From IMG/VR virus record IMGVR_UViG_3300027816_000055: DNA of 64,000 bases. The stretch is one strand, 5' to 3'. Below are positions 37,466-46,559 of the stretch, in pieces. The translations under genes and the position numbers were made by a program. How positions within the stretch are numbered: position 1 is the first letter of the stretch; each line of letters opens with the position of its first letter. The notes below the pieces were generated by a model that saw only the letters and a list, made by a program, of their open reading frames with translations, ran no database searches and was not told where the DNA came from. Source of the stretch: a virus.

Positions 37466-39324
37466 ATTAAATAATGTATTAAATTGTAATAATCTTCACA
37501 CTTTGCATCATTATGCAGTGGTATTAATGTGAATAATAAACTCGCCGTCAATGCTTTCAAATGCTTTAATTGTTCTGTTCCATGCAACTCTACAAAACAC
37601 TTTTCAAAATAAGAAATTAATGGAGAACAATATGAAAAAGATATTGGTTTTGAATTTAAAATAAAATCATATCCAATTAGAGATTGATATATTTTTGCAT
37701 AATCATAAAAAGAATCGCCGTAAATTGTATATGTATTTCCTAACTTTCCGCGCATATCTATAAATTGTAAACTATTATTTTTTACAAATATATTTGAAAA
37801 TACACAATCTCCATGAATTAATGATAAATTACCTCCATTCATTTTTTCATAATTAAAAAGTTTTTCTTTAAGAGAATTGAAAACAATGTTTGAATTTTTA
37901 AATTTAGTGTAATTATAATTATCAAATCTGGATATCAGTTTATTGTAATAATTATCATAAATATTGTTGTTAAACTGATCTGGAACAATTGAGTGTAGTT
38001 GCTTTAGTGATTTGAATAACAAATCGATATGAGTGGTTGTAAGCTCTTTGTGAGCATACATTGTAGAAAACAATGTTCCATCAATCTTTTCAATTTCTAA
38101 TTCGTTTTCACCATTTGTTGAGATTAACTTTGGAAATAGATGTGAAACTATATTTGGTATATTTTTGTAATAATAAATTTCACCACTCAACGATTTTGTT
38201 GATGTTTTAACAATGCTATTTTCTTTAACTTGAATTTGATTATAAGAACGAGGAGTAACTGAATTAATGTAAAATCCGGTAGATTTTTCAAGATTTGCAC
38301 GGGCATTGATTGCTAAATCATCAATATAAAAATCTGCATGCGGCTTTCCAAAACATAATTCATCGTACTGTATGTTATATTTTTCTAGTGTATTAAAAGT
38401 AATAATTCCCACGTCCTTTAAAATTTTAGACACATTTCCACTATAAGTTCTCATTCGCCGTGCCGTGTAAATTATAATATAATGACCTTGGTTTTTCAAA
38501 TGATTAAGAAAGTCAATATTTTTTTGTATTGGCTCAACCGTTGTATAATCATCTGTTTTTTGAGGATATGTAACTAATGTATTATCCAAATCAAAACAAA
38601 AGCGTAATTGTTTTTGTGTAGAATTTTGGCTGCAAAAATCCATTACTTGTAATGGAGTGCCCAAACATACATAATTATTTTTTTCAATATATTTTCCGAC
38701 AACATATTGTTTATCTTCAATCATCTTTTGATATACATGTGAAATGTAAATTTCGTTCAATGTCTGATCACATTTCATTGCGTATGATTGAAATAATTTC
38801 GCATTTTTAAATACATAACAACCAATATTTGCGTTGTCTGAAATCTTTACTTTTTCTTTGATATCAATAATTTGATTTTCGTTTAGTTTAATATAACTGA
38901 ATAGTGGAGTTGGTGTCTTATCGATTGTATAATAAATTTCATTATTTGAAGAATCTCTATCAAATTTGTTGTTTTTGATAAATGAATCTCCATCATGAAT
39001 AATTATTTTTTCATCCAAAATATGGTCGGGTAGTTTAGACAATCCGTACAAAATTGTTTCCACAGGTCCAGAAGTTTGATACGGCAACTTGATGAAATTA
39101 AACTTTATATTTTTATATTCTTTTTGAAGAATGTCTTGAAAGTTATAATGATCTAAAATATAATTATATATAATAGTAACACAATCATCAGTTGAAATAT
39201 TTAACGAATCAATGACCCATGTAATGATTGGCTTTCCCAAGACATTTGTTAATATTTTTGGAAAATGGTAGTCTTCAGATTTGAATCTTTCTCCTTTTCC
39301 ACCTAACGGTATAACAATATTCAT
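37462..39324 (-). CDS. Three-domain fusion: nucleotidyltransferase + HAD phosphatase (capsule-biosynthesis type) + APH/choline-kinase-like domain
   Basis: 'IVIPLGGKGERF'; 'FCFDLDNTL', 'KPHADFYIDDLA'; 'LIHGDCVFSNI', 'FIDMRG'. Confidence 0.8.
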   Translation of the reverse strand: MNIVIPLGGKGERFKSEDYHFPKILTNVLGKPIITWVIDSLNISTDDCVTIIYNYILDHYNFQDILQKEYKNIKFNFIKLPYQTSGPVETILYGLSKLPDHILDEKIIIHDGDSFIKNNKFDRDSSNNEIYYTIDKTPTPLFSYIKLNENQIIDIKEKVKISDNANIGCYVFKNAKLFQSYAMKCDQTLNEIYISHVYQKMIEDKQYVVGKYIEKNNYVCLGTPLQVMDFCSQNSTQKQLRFCFDLDNTLVTYPQKTDDYTTVEPIQKNIDFLNHLKNQGHYIIIYTARRMRTYSGNVSKILKDVGIITFNTLEKYNIQYDELCFGKPHADFYIDDLAINARANLEKSTGFYINSVTPRSYNQIQVKENSIVKTSTKSLSGEIYYYKNIPNIVSHLFPKLISTNGENELEIEKIDGTLFSTMYAHKELTTTHIDLLFKSLKQLHSIVPDQFNNNIYDNYYNKLISRFDNYNYTKFKNSNIVFNSLKEKLFNYEKMNGGNLSLIHGDCVFSNIFVKNNSLQFIDMRGKLGNTYTIYGDSFYDYAKIYQSLIGYDFILNSKPISFSYCSPLISYFEKCFVELHGTEQLKHLKALTASLLFTLIPLHNDAKCEDYYNLIHYLI

Positions 39325-39325
39325 A

Positions 39326-40000
39326 TTATAATTTAAATCCAAAATTTTCTTCTTGTGAAAAAATTGCATTATATTTCAAATTGGTCGCAATTTGTTTTTC
39401 AATAGTTTTATTGTGATGTAATGCAAATTCGTATTCATATGGCAAGTGGCTATATGTTTTTGCACCTTCAATTTTTTCATGCAATCTACGCTCCCATTTC
39501 ATATATGAAACATTTTTAAAAAGACGCCCTTGCGGATCTGGCCAATTAACAATCAATCTGTTTTCAAATGGAGTTAATCTCCAACCCCATTGTTTTGCAT
39601 TATCTGGATTTACACCTATAAAATCATTAATACGAGGAATCCAATATAAATCTATATCAGGATTTGTGTCTAATATAAGTTTGATGTTTTCCAATAAAAA
39701 TATAGATGGTAATTCATCAGCATCAATTTGGAATATGTATTTTCCTTTACACAATGATTTACCATAATTTTTATGTTCGCTATAGTTTTTATTTAGCGCA
39801 TGTTTATGTAACTGAAAAAAGCCGCCACCTGTATTTACTGCGTCTTGCAATATTTGAACAGTGGCGGCATCATCACTATAATCATCAAGTATTATACATT
39901 CGCCGTCGTCTTTGTATTTAAAAAGACGTTCCAATAAAGGTTTTATTTGCATACCTTCATTCTTGCATGTTACTAAATATGATACAAATGGTAATGACAT
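39326..40000 (-). CDS. Glycosyltransferase family 2
   Basis: 'SYLVTCKNE', 'ILDDYSDD', 'FQIDADE', 'WPDPQGRLF', 'LHE'. Confidence 0.8.
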   Translation of the reverse strand: MSLPFVSYLVTCKNEGMQIKPLLERLFKYKDDGECIILDDYSDDAATVQILQDAVNTGGGFFQLHKHALNKNYSEHKNYGKSLCKGKYIFQIDADELPSIFLLENIKLILDTNPDIDLYWIPRINDFIGVNPDNAKQWGWRLTPFENRLIVNWPDPQGRLFKNVSYMKWERRLHEKIEGAKTYSHLPYEYEFALHHNKTIEKQIATNLKYNAIFSQEENFGFKL

Positions 40001-40001
40001 A

Positions 40002-40556
40002 TTATGTATTAGTATATACCCAACAATATTCTTGACTATGTAGTTTGCTTCGGTTTTCGTAAAAAAACTCATTTACCGCCTGTTCTACCCCATAATGGCC
40101 ATCATAATAATCGTGTCCGGCAATAATTCCATTTTTCTTTAGTTTTGGGAACCAAGCATGTAAATCTTCTTTAACACACTCGTAATCATGACATGCATCG
40201 ATAAAAATGAAATCAAGACTTTCATTTTGAAACAGTTTAGATGCATTCACAGAATAATCTTTAATAATGTTAAGATTGTCTTTTAATTTCTCTTTAATTG
40301 GTTCGATATTTTTACAAAACAGATCGTATGACGGATACCCATTTGGATTATTAAGATCCACATCCGTCCATGTATCAATAAGATTTAGTTTAATATTTTT
40401 GTTTCGATTAATAATTTCCACACCAATAAAGCATGCGCTTTGCCCACAATCACATCCAATTTCTACAAATTCCGCATTATCAAATCGTGTTACCATTTCA
40501 AAATATAATGCAGGAAACGTAAATGCACCTCTTACATTTTTATAATAATGTTCCAT
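40002..40556 (-). CDS. Class I SAM methyltransferase (Methyltransf_24-like)
   Basis: 'FVEIGCDCGQS', 'LDFIFIDACHDY', 'GIIAGHDY'. Confidence 0.85.
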   Translation of the reverse strand: MEHYYKNVRGAFTFPALYFEMVTRFDNAEFVEIGCDCGQSACFIGVEIINRNKNIKLNLIDTWTDVDLNNPNGYPSYDLFCKNIEPIKEKLKDNLNIIKDYSVNASKLFQNESLDFIFIDACHDYECVKEDLHAWFPKLKKNGIIAGHDYYDGHYGVEQAVNEFFYENRSKLHSQEYCWVYTNT

Positions 40557-40561
40557 AGTAT

Positions 40562-41863
40562 TTATTTATTCAATTTAGGTAATTTAAGTTTTGGTAATAC
40601 AATTTTCTTTTCAATTGCAAATTCTGGAACATATTTGTCTAAATATGCATGTAAAATTTTATCAGTTGCTTCCATACTAAATCTTTCCATATTTTCAATG
40701 CGTAGCTTTTCCGCATTCTCTTTGATAGATGGCGCCGGACTGTAAAATATTGTCTTGAATCGTTCTTCAGCAAGACCGTAAGCAACAGAGAACCAACTAC
40801 TTTCTTTAATAAGCCATTGATTAGAAGATGCTGGATCAACCTGCTTTATGGTTCCTTGCAATAACTGTGCATACTTCGGGTTCAAGAAATCAAGATGACC
40901 ACTCCAATTACTTGCCAATATTGGTTTGCCGCTCAAACTTGCAAGTAATAATGGATGTCCATATCCTTCACCGTGTGTAAAACTAACATGTGCTTTAACT
41001 TTTTCATGATTAAACAATGCATTCATTTCTACATCATTAAGTTCACCATGCAAAAGATATACATTTGGTAAATCACCACCAACTTCTTTTTTAATAGCGG
41101 CAATACGTGCCAAACATGCATCTCTATCAGCGATAGAAAAATTAACACCGCTTGTTTTTAAGATCAAACAAGGACGTTCACCTTTTCTGTCTTTGAAAGT
41201 ATTACAGAAGGACTTGATTAAATTACCAATGTCTTTACGATCATTATATAATCCATTTGAGCTTGTCCATTGACCAACAAACAAAAATGCAAAAGTTTCA
41301 GGAATATTGCTTAATGCGGCTTCTACGGTTGCAACTTTTTCATCTGTTTTCTTAAATACTTTGATGTCTGCACCCCAAGGGGTAACTTCCATAGGCTTAT
41401 TTACTACTAATGGTTCATTACGACCATCTGGCAAAGTCTTGACAAAGTTTGCTTTTTGAAATACTTCTTTTGAAAATGTACTAGTTACAAAGTTAACATT
41501 CATTTTATTTAATCCTTCAATCCACTCACCCGGTGGGATCGTTGTTTCAATACCGGCAGTCATACCAATATTGTATTTAGCAGGAGTTTGAAATTCATTT
41601 GGAATTGTCATTTGAATGAATACTTCTGGTTGTTTTTGTAAAGGGGATCGTAAAATACGATTTCCTAATTCTATTGCTTCATGATCATTCGGATCAATAT
41701 CCGCAACGTTTAGTTTACGCGGAGTTCCACCCCATGGAGTCGGCACAACAAGTAGATCAAATTTGTTATATCTTAACAAACTTTTACCAACTGCCATTGC
41801 CCATTCACCGTAACCACTGCGAGTAAAAATAGGACTTTGAAATACACAAACTGGTTTGCTCAT
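40562..41863 (-). CDS. GT-B glycosyltransferase (GT4-like)
   Basis: 'SGYG', 'FLFVGQW', 'VSFTHGEGYGHPLLLA', 'NWSGHLDF'. Confidence 0.8.
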   Translation of the reverse strand: MSKPVCVFQSPIFTRSGYGEWAMAVGKSLLRYNKFDLLVVPTPWGGTPRKLNVADIDPNDHEAIELGNRILRSPLQKQPEVFIQMTIPNEFQTPAKYNIGMTAGIETTIPPGEWIEGLNKMNVNFVTSTFSKEVFQKANFVKTLPDGRNEPLVVNKPMEVTPWGADIKVFKKTDEKVATVEAALSNIPETFAFLFVGQWTSSNGLYNDRKDIGNLIKSFCNTFKDRKGERPCLILKTSGVNFSIADRDACLARIAAIKKEVGGDLPNVYLLHGELNDVEMNALFNHEKVKAHVSFTHGEGYGHPLLLASLSGKPILASNWSGHLDFLNPKYAQLLQGTIKQVDPASSNQWLIKESSWFSVAYGLAEERFKTIFYSPAPSIKENAEKLRIENMERFSMEATDKILHAYLDKYVPEFAIEKKIVLPKLKLPKLNK

Positions 41864-42573
41864 AGATTATTTTCTCTTTCTTTCATTAAATCACTATACT
41901 TCTTTTCTGGAGTATACACAGGATTTTTTTTGTAATTTTTAATCATATCAACCAATGTTTCATCGGGAACAATTGGAGTAGATGTTACATCAGTGCTGCC
42001 AAAACCACCTTCGCCACGTTGTGTTTTATCTAGTGCATCCACCAAATAAAACTCAGCATGTTCAACTTTGGTAATTTTCAATTGACAAATTTTGTCACCT
42101 TTCTTGTAGATCTTATCAAGATTAGGTTTTCCTGCAACATATTGATACAAAGGCGCACCATCATTTGCAAGTTTAGTGTTAATCAGATAATCTTCTGGTT
42201 GCCAAATATATTTGAAACGTACAAGAATTTCGCCACGATAATCCGCATCAATTAATCCAATACCATTTGCAAGTACAAGATTGTATTTGCTAACACTACT
42301 ACGAGGCATAGCCAATACATCGTAATCAATATTTAATGGACTTGATGTACCTCCAGTCCATACGTTATCTTTTTGAACAGCAATTCGAAGATTAGTTTTG
42401 TACTGAATGTAATCTATACTTTCATATACATTTTTTGATTCTCCGTGTAGTTTACCTACTATTTCAGGATCACTAGTTGCAACAATATCATAACCAGTAG
42501 ATCGTTCGGTTGCCGCGTCTGGCAACGCGGCAACATTATTATATGTTTCGTTTTTTAATACTTCAATTTTCAT
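41860..42573 (-). CDS. dut: Trimeric dUTPase
   Basis: Five motifs: 'STGYDI', 'PRSS', 'GLIDADYRGEI', 'KICQL', 'RGEGGFGST'. Confidence 0.9.
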   Translation of the reverse strand: MKIEVLKNETYNNVAALPDAATERSTGYDIVATSDPEIVGKLHGESKNVYESIDYIQYKTNLRIAVQKDNVWTGGTSSPLNIDYDVLAMPRSSVSKYNLVLANGIGLIDADYRGEILVRFKYIWQPEDYLINTKLANDGAPLYQYVAGKPNLDKIYKKGDKICQLKITKVEHAEFYLVDALDKTQRGEGGFGSTDVTSTPIVPDETLVDMIKNYKKNPVYTPEKKYSDLMKERENNL

Positions 42574-42581
42574 GGATTGAT

Positions 42582-42610
42582 ATCCTATTGTATAAAAAAT
42601 ATCGTGTCAA
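42582..42610 (-). promoter_or_regulatory. sigma70-type promoter, leaderless, for dut and the downstream glycan operon
   Basis: Minus strand TTGACA(42610-42605)-17 nt-TAGGAT(42587-42582); ATG at 42573. Confidence 0.65.
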
Positions 42611-42614
42611 TTTT

Positions 42615-43619
42615 TTATTGTGCGGTCTTAAATAGAGCCGTGATGTCAGCCTCAATTTTTGATTTGTCAAACGTAGGAATCGGGACACCAATTTTATTAA
42701 ATGGTTGTTCCTGACCAATGAATCGTTCTGGCTTAAATACATTAAATGCTGGTGGTGGAGTAAAATGATTAATAGTGTAATCCATTGCTTTGATAAATTG
42801 ATTGCACATATTTTTGCTATTTAATCCACCTTCATTCATAGCCCAACGACGGCCTTCTAATCCAGCTAATTTTCTTTTTTCTGAACCGGCAAGATACCAA
42901 TACATAATTGCTTCGCCAGCATCTTCCCAAGTACAAATATCATCGAAAATATAAGGCGTTGGCGGACTGCCTTGAATTGAACGAGAAGCAGGATACACTG
43001 GTTTTGCCCAAATGCCGTGTTTCTTGTATTTACCTGTATTATTGGTTCCGAATTCAGCAGTAAATTCTACAGGATTTCCATTATCATCCAATTGACCGAT
43101 TTGATCTTGCAATCCACCTGTTACATTTACAATAACTGGTGTGCCGCACATAATGCTTTCAGAAATACTCAAACCAAAGCCTTCATTACTGCTGATAAGA
43201 ATAGTTACGTCTGCAATATTATACATTGCACACATATCCTCTGGACTCATACGACTTTCGTCAATAATTACTTTGTAGTTTGGACACAATGCCTGAATGA
43301 CGGCTGGTAGATCTGTTCCCGCATCTTGAATTGCTTCAGTGTGCAATACTAATACACATTTAGATGCTTGTTCCGGTGTTAAATTATCACAAAATGCTCT
43401 AAAAGCTAAAATAGTGTTACTTGTTTTTTTACGTTGAACATTTCTACTATTGTGAAATAAAACAAAATTATATTGGTTTTCACCAAACAACATTTTCTTT
43501 TTATCACGAATACGTTTTTCATTTTCATCTAATGGTTTGAATGTATCACTATCAATACCATGAGGTACATAATGAAGCAAATGTTTGTCTACAACTTGAT
43601 TATTTATTTTAAATGGCAT
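42615..43619 (-). CDS. GT4 glycosyltransferase, C-terminal part
   Basis: 'YVPHGID', 'NSRNVQRKK', 'YNIADV', 'SSNEGFGLS..E'; preceded by AGGAG SD. Confidence 0.8.
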   Translation of the reverse strand: MPFKINNQVVDKHLLHYVPHGIDSDTFKPLDENEKRIRDKKKMLFGENQYNFVLFHNSRNVQRKKTSNTILAFRAFCDNLTPEQASKCVLVLHTEAIQDAGTDLPAVIQALCPNYKVIIDESRMSPEDMCAMYNIADVTILISSNEGFGLSISESIMCGTPVIVNVTGGLQDQIGQLDDNGNPVEFTAEFGTNNTGKYKKHGIWAKPVYPASRSIQGSPPTPYIFDDICTWEDAGEAIMYWYLAGSEKRKLAGLEGRRWAMNEGGLNSKNMCNQFIKAMDYTINHFTPPPAFNVFKPERFIGQEQPFNKIGVPIPTFDKSKIEADITALFKTAQ

Positions 43620-43627
43620 AATACTCC

Positions 43628-44173
43628 TTAATATTTTATTAAATTACCGTTATTGTCATAATATCCGTCTACTGCAATACAATTTTCTGGACGCAATACC
43701 CATTTATTGATGTTGTCGGTTTGCTTACTAATAGCAAACAACGCATCGCAACTTTCATACGCCTGTTTATTCCACATTGGATATGGAAGATCGTCCCAAA
43801 TATCCAAATAAGTCAATGGAATTTTTCTACGAATTTGGTTTTCAATTGCATACAGCCAACCCCAATAACGAGGATCAGTAAAGTGCATAACGGCATCTGG
43901 TTTTTCTGCCTCCATAACAGCAAAAAGCATATTTTCATTACCATATCCATCGGTGGGATATAGTCGAACATATGCATCTTTAATTTTTAATTGATCATTG
44001 GTTGCTTGTGACAAATCTATAACTTTACCATTTTCAGGATGTTTGACCGCTCCTGCAATCTGCACCCAATTATAATGGTGTGCAGTACCCAAAATCAATT
44101 CACGACTCATAGTTGCAATACCACTATGCATGCGCAAATCATCACTCAACAATAGAATTTTCTTTTTTTGCAT
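43628..44173 (-). CDS. GT4 glycosyltransferase, N-terminal part
   Basis: 'KILLLSDD...SGIA', 'EKPDAVMHFTD', 'IWDD', 'AISKQT'. Confidence 0.7.
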   Translation of the reverse strand: MQKKKILLLSDDLRMHSGIATMSRELILGTAHHYNWVQIAGAVKHPENGKVIDLSQATNDQLKIKDAYVRLYPTDGYGNENMLFAVMEAEKPDAVMHFTDPRYWGWLYAIENQIRRKIPLTYLDIWDDLPYPMWNKQAYESCDALFAISKQTDNINKWVLRPENCIAVDGYYDNNGNLIKY

Positions 44174-44174
44174 A

Positions 44175-44414
44175 TTAAAGAACCTCCTTGTTAGTGGAGC
44201 CGGTAATATTTAGTACCGCAATTTGCGCCGGCTCGCTAAGTTGTGGAATGTTAAAATTGTAAATTTGAGTGCGAAATTTATCATCATTCAAATACAAATA
44301 CATGCATCTATTAACTAAATCCTGTAAATAAAACTTGTTTTTTACATTCGTGATTTTAAAAGATTCATATAACTGTTTGTCTACCTTGACGGTAGTAATA
44401 CTATTGCTTTTCAT
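44175..44414 (-). CDS. Small putative ribbon-helix-helix DNA-binding protein
   Basis: 'TTVKVDKQLYESFK...LQDLVNRCMYLY' beta-helix-helix pattern. Confidence 0.45.
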   Translation of the reverse strand: MKSNSITTVKVDKQLYESFKITNVKNKFYLQDLVNRCMYLYLNDDKFRTQIYNFNIPQLSEPAQIAVLNITGSTNKEVL

Positions 44415-44476
44415 AAACGTAATACTGTATATCTACATATACGTATATACGTATTTACGAATCTATTTATTTTATT

Positions 44477-45406
44477 TTAGAGAATTTCTTGCTCAATTTT
44501 ATCTGCTTTACCATCACACGTTGATTTGTAATGGGCACAATATTTGCAATTCTTTTTTGCTTTGCCGGGTATTTTTGGATAAGTGATGTCCATATTGTAT
44601 GCGCCTTCGGGTGTAAAGCATTCCTGTACAAACTTGATAAATCCACCTAAAGCATCAGAAATAGCTGCTTGTGTATGCGTTGGAGTAAATGTTTGAATGC
44701 GGCTTTGTGGAAAAGATACATTTTCATAAAGCTTACGCTTTAAAATAAAGAACTCTACTTCAATATCACTCAGACTTACATTAAACTTTTTGCTGTAAAA
44801 AGCTTTATACAGAAGAATCTGACTGTATTTTGCTTCATCTTCTTTCATGTAATTATTCCAACCAACAGCGGCAGTCTTAAAATCGTAAATCTTATACTTG
44901 CCCGTTTCTTTATCTTTTAGCACAAGATCGATAAATGCGATAAAATTTACATTATGTAGTATTTCCATGTCCAGTGGAACTTCAACTCCTATAAATTCAT
45001 ATTTTTTACTTGGAAAGTATTTCATACGATTGGCCGTGTTTAGAATTGTTCTAATAATATTGGCACCATCGTCAATAAATTCCGCTAGTTCTTCTTCAGT
45101 GGGAACATACTTGTCTTTTTCCTTTTCCAATTCTTGGTGCAATTTATCTTTGAATAATTGAAAAACGTTCAATTCACCTGCTTCAGCTACTCCTTTGGTA
45201 TACAAAGTTTCAATATAGGTTTGAATTGCATGATGCATTGCAGTTCCAAAGAAAATGCTAAGATTGAAATCTGTTTTTCGCATTCCTTTAGCATAGTTCA
45301 AATACCAACTGTGGGGACATTTGAACCACATACTATATTGTGAAAAACTTACCTTTTTCTTTTTTACTTCAGTGATTTCTTGTGTTTGTTTTGTTTCATC
45401 AGACAT
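44477..45406 (-). CDS. PD-(D/E)XK exonuclease, Cas4/AddB-like with Fe-S cysteines
   Basis: 'SFSQY...CP', 'GTAMH', 'FIDLV', 'IYDFKT', 'Q..LY', C-terminal 'CKYC....C'; start at ATG 45406. Confidence 0.85.
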   Translation of the reverse strand: MSDETKQTQEITEVKKKKVSFSQYSMWFKCPHSWYLNYAKGMRKTDFNLSIFFGTAMHHAIQTYIETLYTKGVAEAGELNVFQLFKDKLHQELEKEKDKYVPTEEELAEFIDDGANIIRTILNTANRMKYFPSKKYEFIGVEVPLDMEILHNVNFIAFIDLVLKDKETGKYKIYDFKTAAVGWNNYMKEDEAKYSQILLYKAFYSKKFNVSLSDIEVEFFILKRKLYENVSFPQSRIQTFTPTHTQAAISDALGGFIKFVQECFTPEGAYNMDITYPKIPGKAKKNCKYCAHYKSTCDGKADKIEQEIL

Positions 45407-45413
45407 ATGTATA

Positions 45414-45442
45414 ACCATACAGCAGAAAACTCGCTGTGTCTA
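45414..45442 (-). promoter_or_regulatory. sigma70-type promoter, leaderless, for the nuclease
   Basis: Minus strand TAGACA(45442-45437)-17 nt-TATGGT(45419-45414); ATG at 45406. Confidence 0.55.
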
Positions 45443-45448
45443 GTTATT

Positions 45449-46207
45449 ATGAAACACGCCTTTATTTTATTTTTATTGACATTTTGTTTGTCTGTTGCAG
45501 CATTGGCAGACGGAAAATTTTATGTTGTATCAAGCACAACAAGTACTTTGGACAACATTACAAATAATAAATTAACAACATCAGCATTGGTTGTAAAACA
45601 AACGTATGATTGTAAAGATGCGATTTATACAATTTCAAATACAAACAATGAGAGTATAGTAGCTTTTAGTACAGATGTAATCGTTAAATTGAATGACAAT
45701 AGTAAACTTAGTATAGATTCATTTGATCAATCATTTAACAATATAAATGAATTGCCGGATATTGCAACGTATACTACATCAAATTTAAATTTAAGCTTAT
45801 TTGGATCTGCTCAAGTGAATGTAAAATCGGAATTTACTGAAGAAAATCCAATGATTGTTTCTACTTCGATGGCAAGTATTGTAATTAAAAGTGGCAAATT
45901 TATAATTCGAAGCGAAGAAAAAAGTTTATTATTTATTGTCTTGGAAGGAGAAGCAACTGTAATGGATAGTATTAGCAAGTATACTCAGGTTGTAAAAGAA
46001 AAAAATATGTTGGTTGTGATTCCTGCACCAAAATTACAAGGCCGCACAGCGGAACATATGAAAAAACAAAATATGTTTAGCCTTAAATCATTGGATGATA
46101 CAGATAATAAAGAATTGAGTGCAGAATTGACAACATTAAATGAAATACAATCAAATATTAAATTTATCGTTGTTAACAAAGATGTAGTTGGTGTTAAAAT
46201 ACGTTGA
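45449..46207 (+). CDS. Secreted beta-rich protein, FecR-like domain (putative)
   Basis: Signal peptide MKHAFILFLLTFCLSVAALA|D; 'VKLNDNSKLSI', 'GKFII...VLEGEATV'. Confidence 0.5.
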   Translation: MKHAFILFLLTFCLSVAALADGKFYVVSSTTSTLDNITNNKLTTSALVVKQTYDCKDAIYTISNTNNESIVAFSTDVIVKLNDNSKLSIDSFDQSFNNINELPDIATYTTSNLNLSLFGSAQVNVKSEFTEENPMIVSTSMASIVIKSGKFIIRSEEKSLLFIVLEGEATVMDSISKYTQVVKEKNMLVVIPAPKLQGRTAEHMKKQNMFSLKSLDDTDNKELSAELTTLNEIQSNIKFIVVNKDVVGVKIR

Positions 46208-46232
46208 CTACTTTCCTTTTCTGTGGTAGTTT
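46204..46232 (+). promoter_or_regulatory. sigma70-type promoter, leaderless, heading the PolB operon
   Basis: TTGACT(46204)-17 nt-TAGTTT(46227-46232) with extended TG; ATG at 46239. Confidence 0.6.
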
Positions 46233-46238
46233 GATAGC

Positions 46239-46550
46239 ATGAGATTGGAAGAATTCAAGTCACTGACAGAAGACGAAATCGAAATGTTGTGGTATGCCGT
46301 CAACAAAACTACTCCACCTGTATTGGCTGGTGTGGAATTGGAGCCATCTGTATTTTGCGCCATCAAACCACATGCTATTCGATCTAGAGTGGATCAAATT
46401 GAATTGGCTGTTAAAGACGAATATAAGTCGATTTATGAGTCGTTGCGACAAAAATTAAATATGGCACCAATTGTTCCCCCGGTTCCACCCGTTTCGTCGT
46501 CTGTCGAGACCCCGAACGACACTCCCAATCCTGATTCAACGTCGGTGTAA
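46239..46550 (+). CDS. Hypothetical protein
   Basis: 103 aa, Pro-rich tail. Confidence 0.6.
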   Translation: MRLEEFKSLTEDEIEMLWYAVNKTTPPVLAGVELEPSVFCAIKPHAIRSRVDQIELAVKDEYKSIYESLRQKLNMAPIVPPVPPVSSSVETPNDTPNPDSTSV

Positions 46551-46559
46551 TATACAATT

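Noticed and set aside
44477-45406. Cas4-like nuclease as part of a CRISPR-Cas system
   Set aside because: No repeat-spacer array or other cas genes seen; solo Cas4/RecB-like nucleases are routine in large phages.
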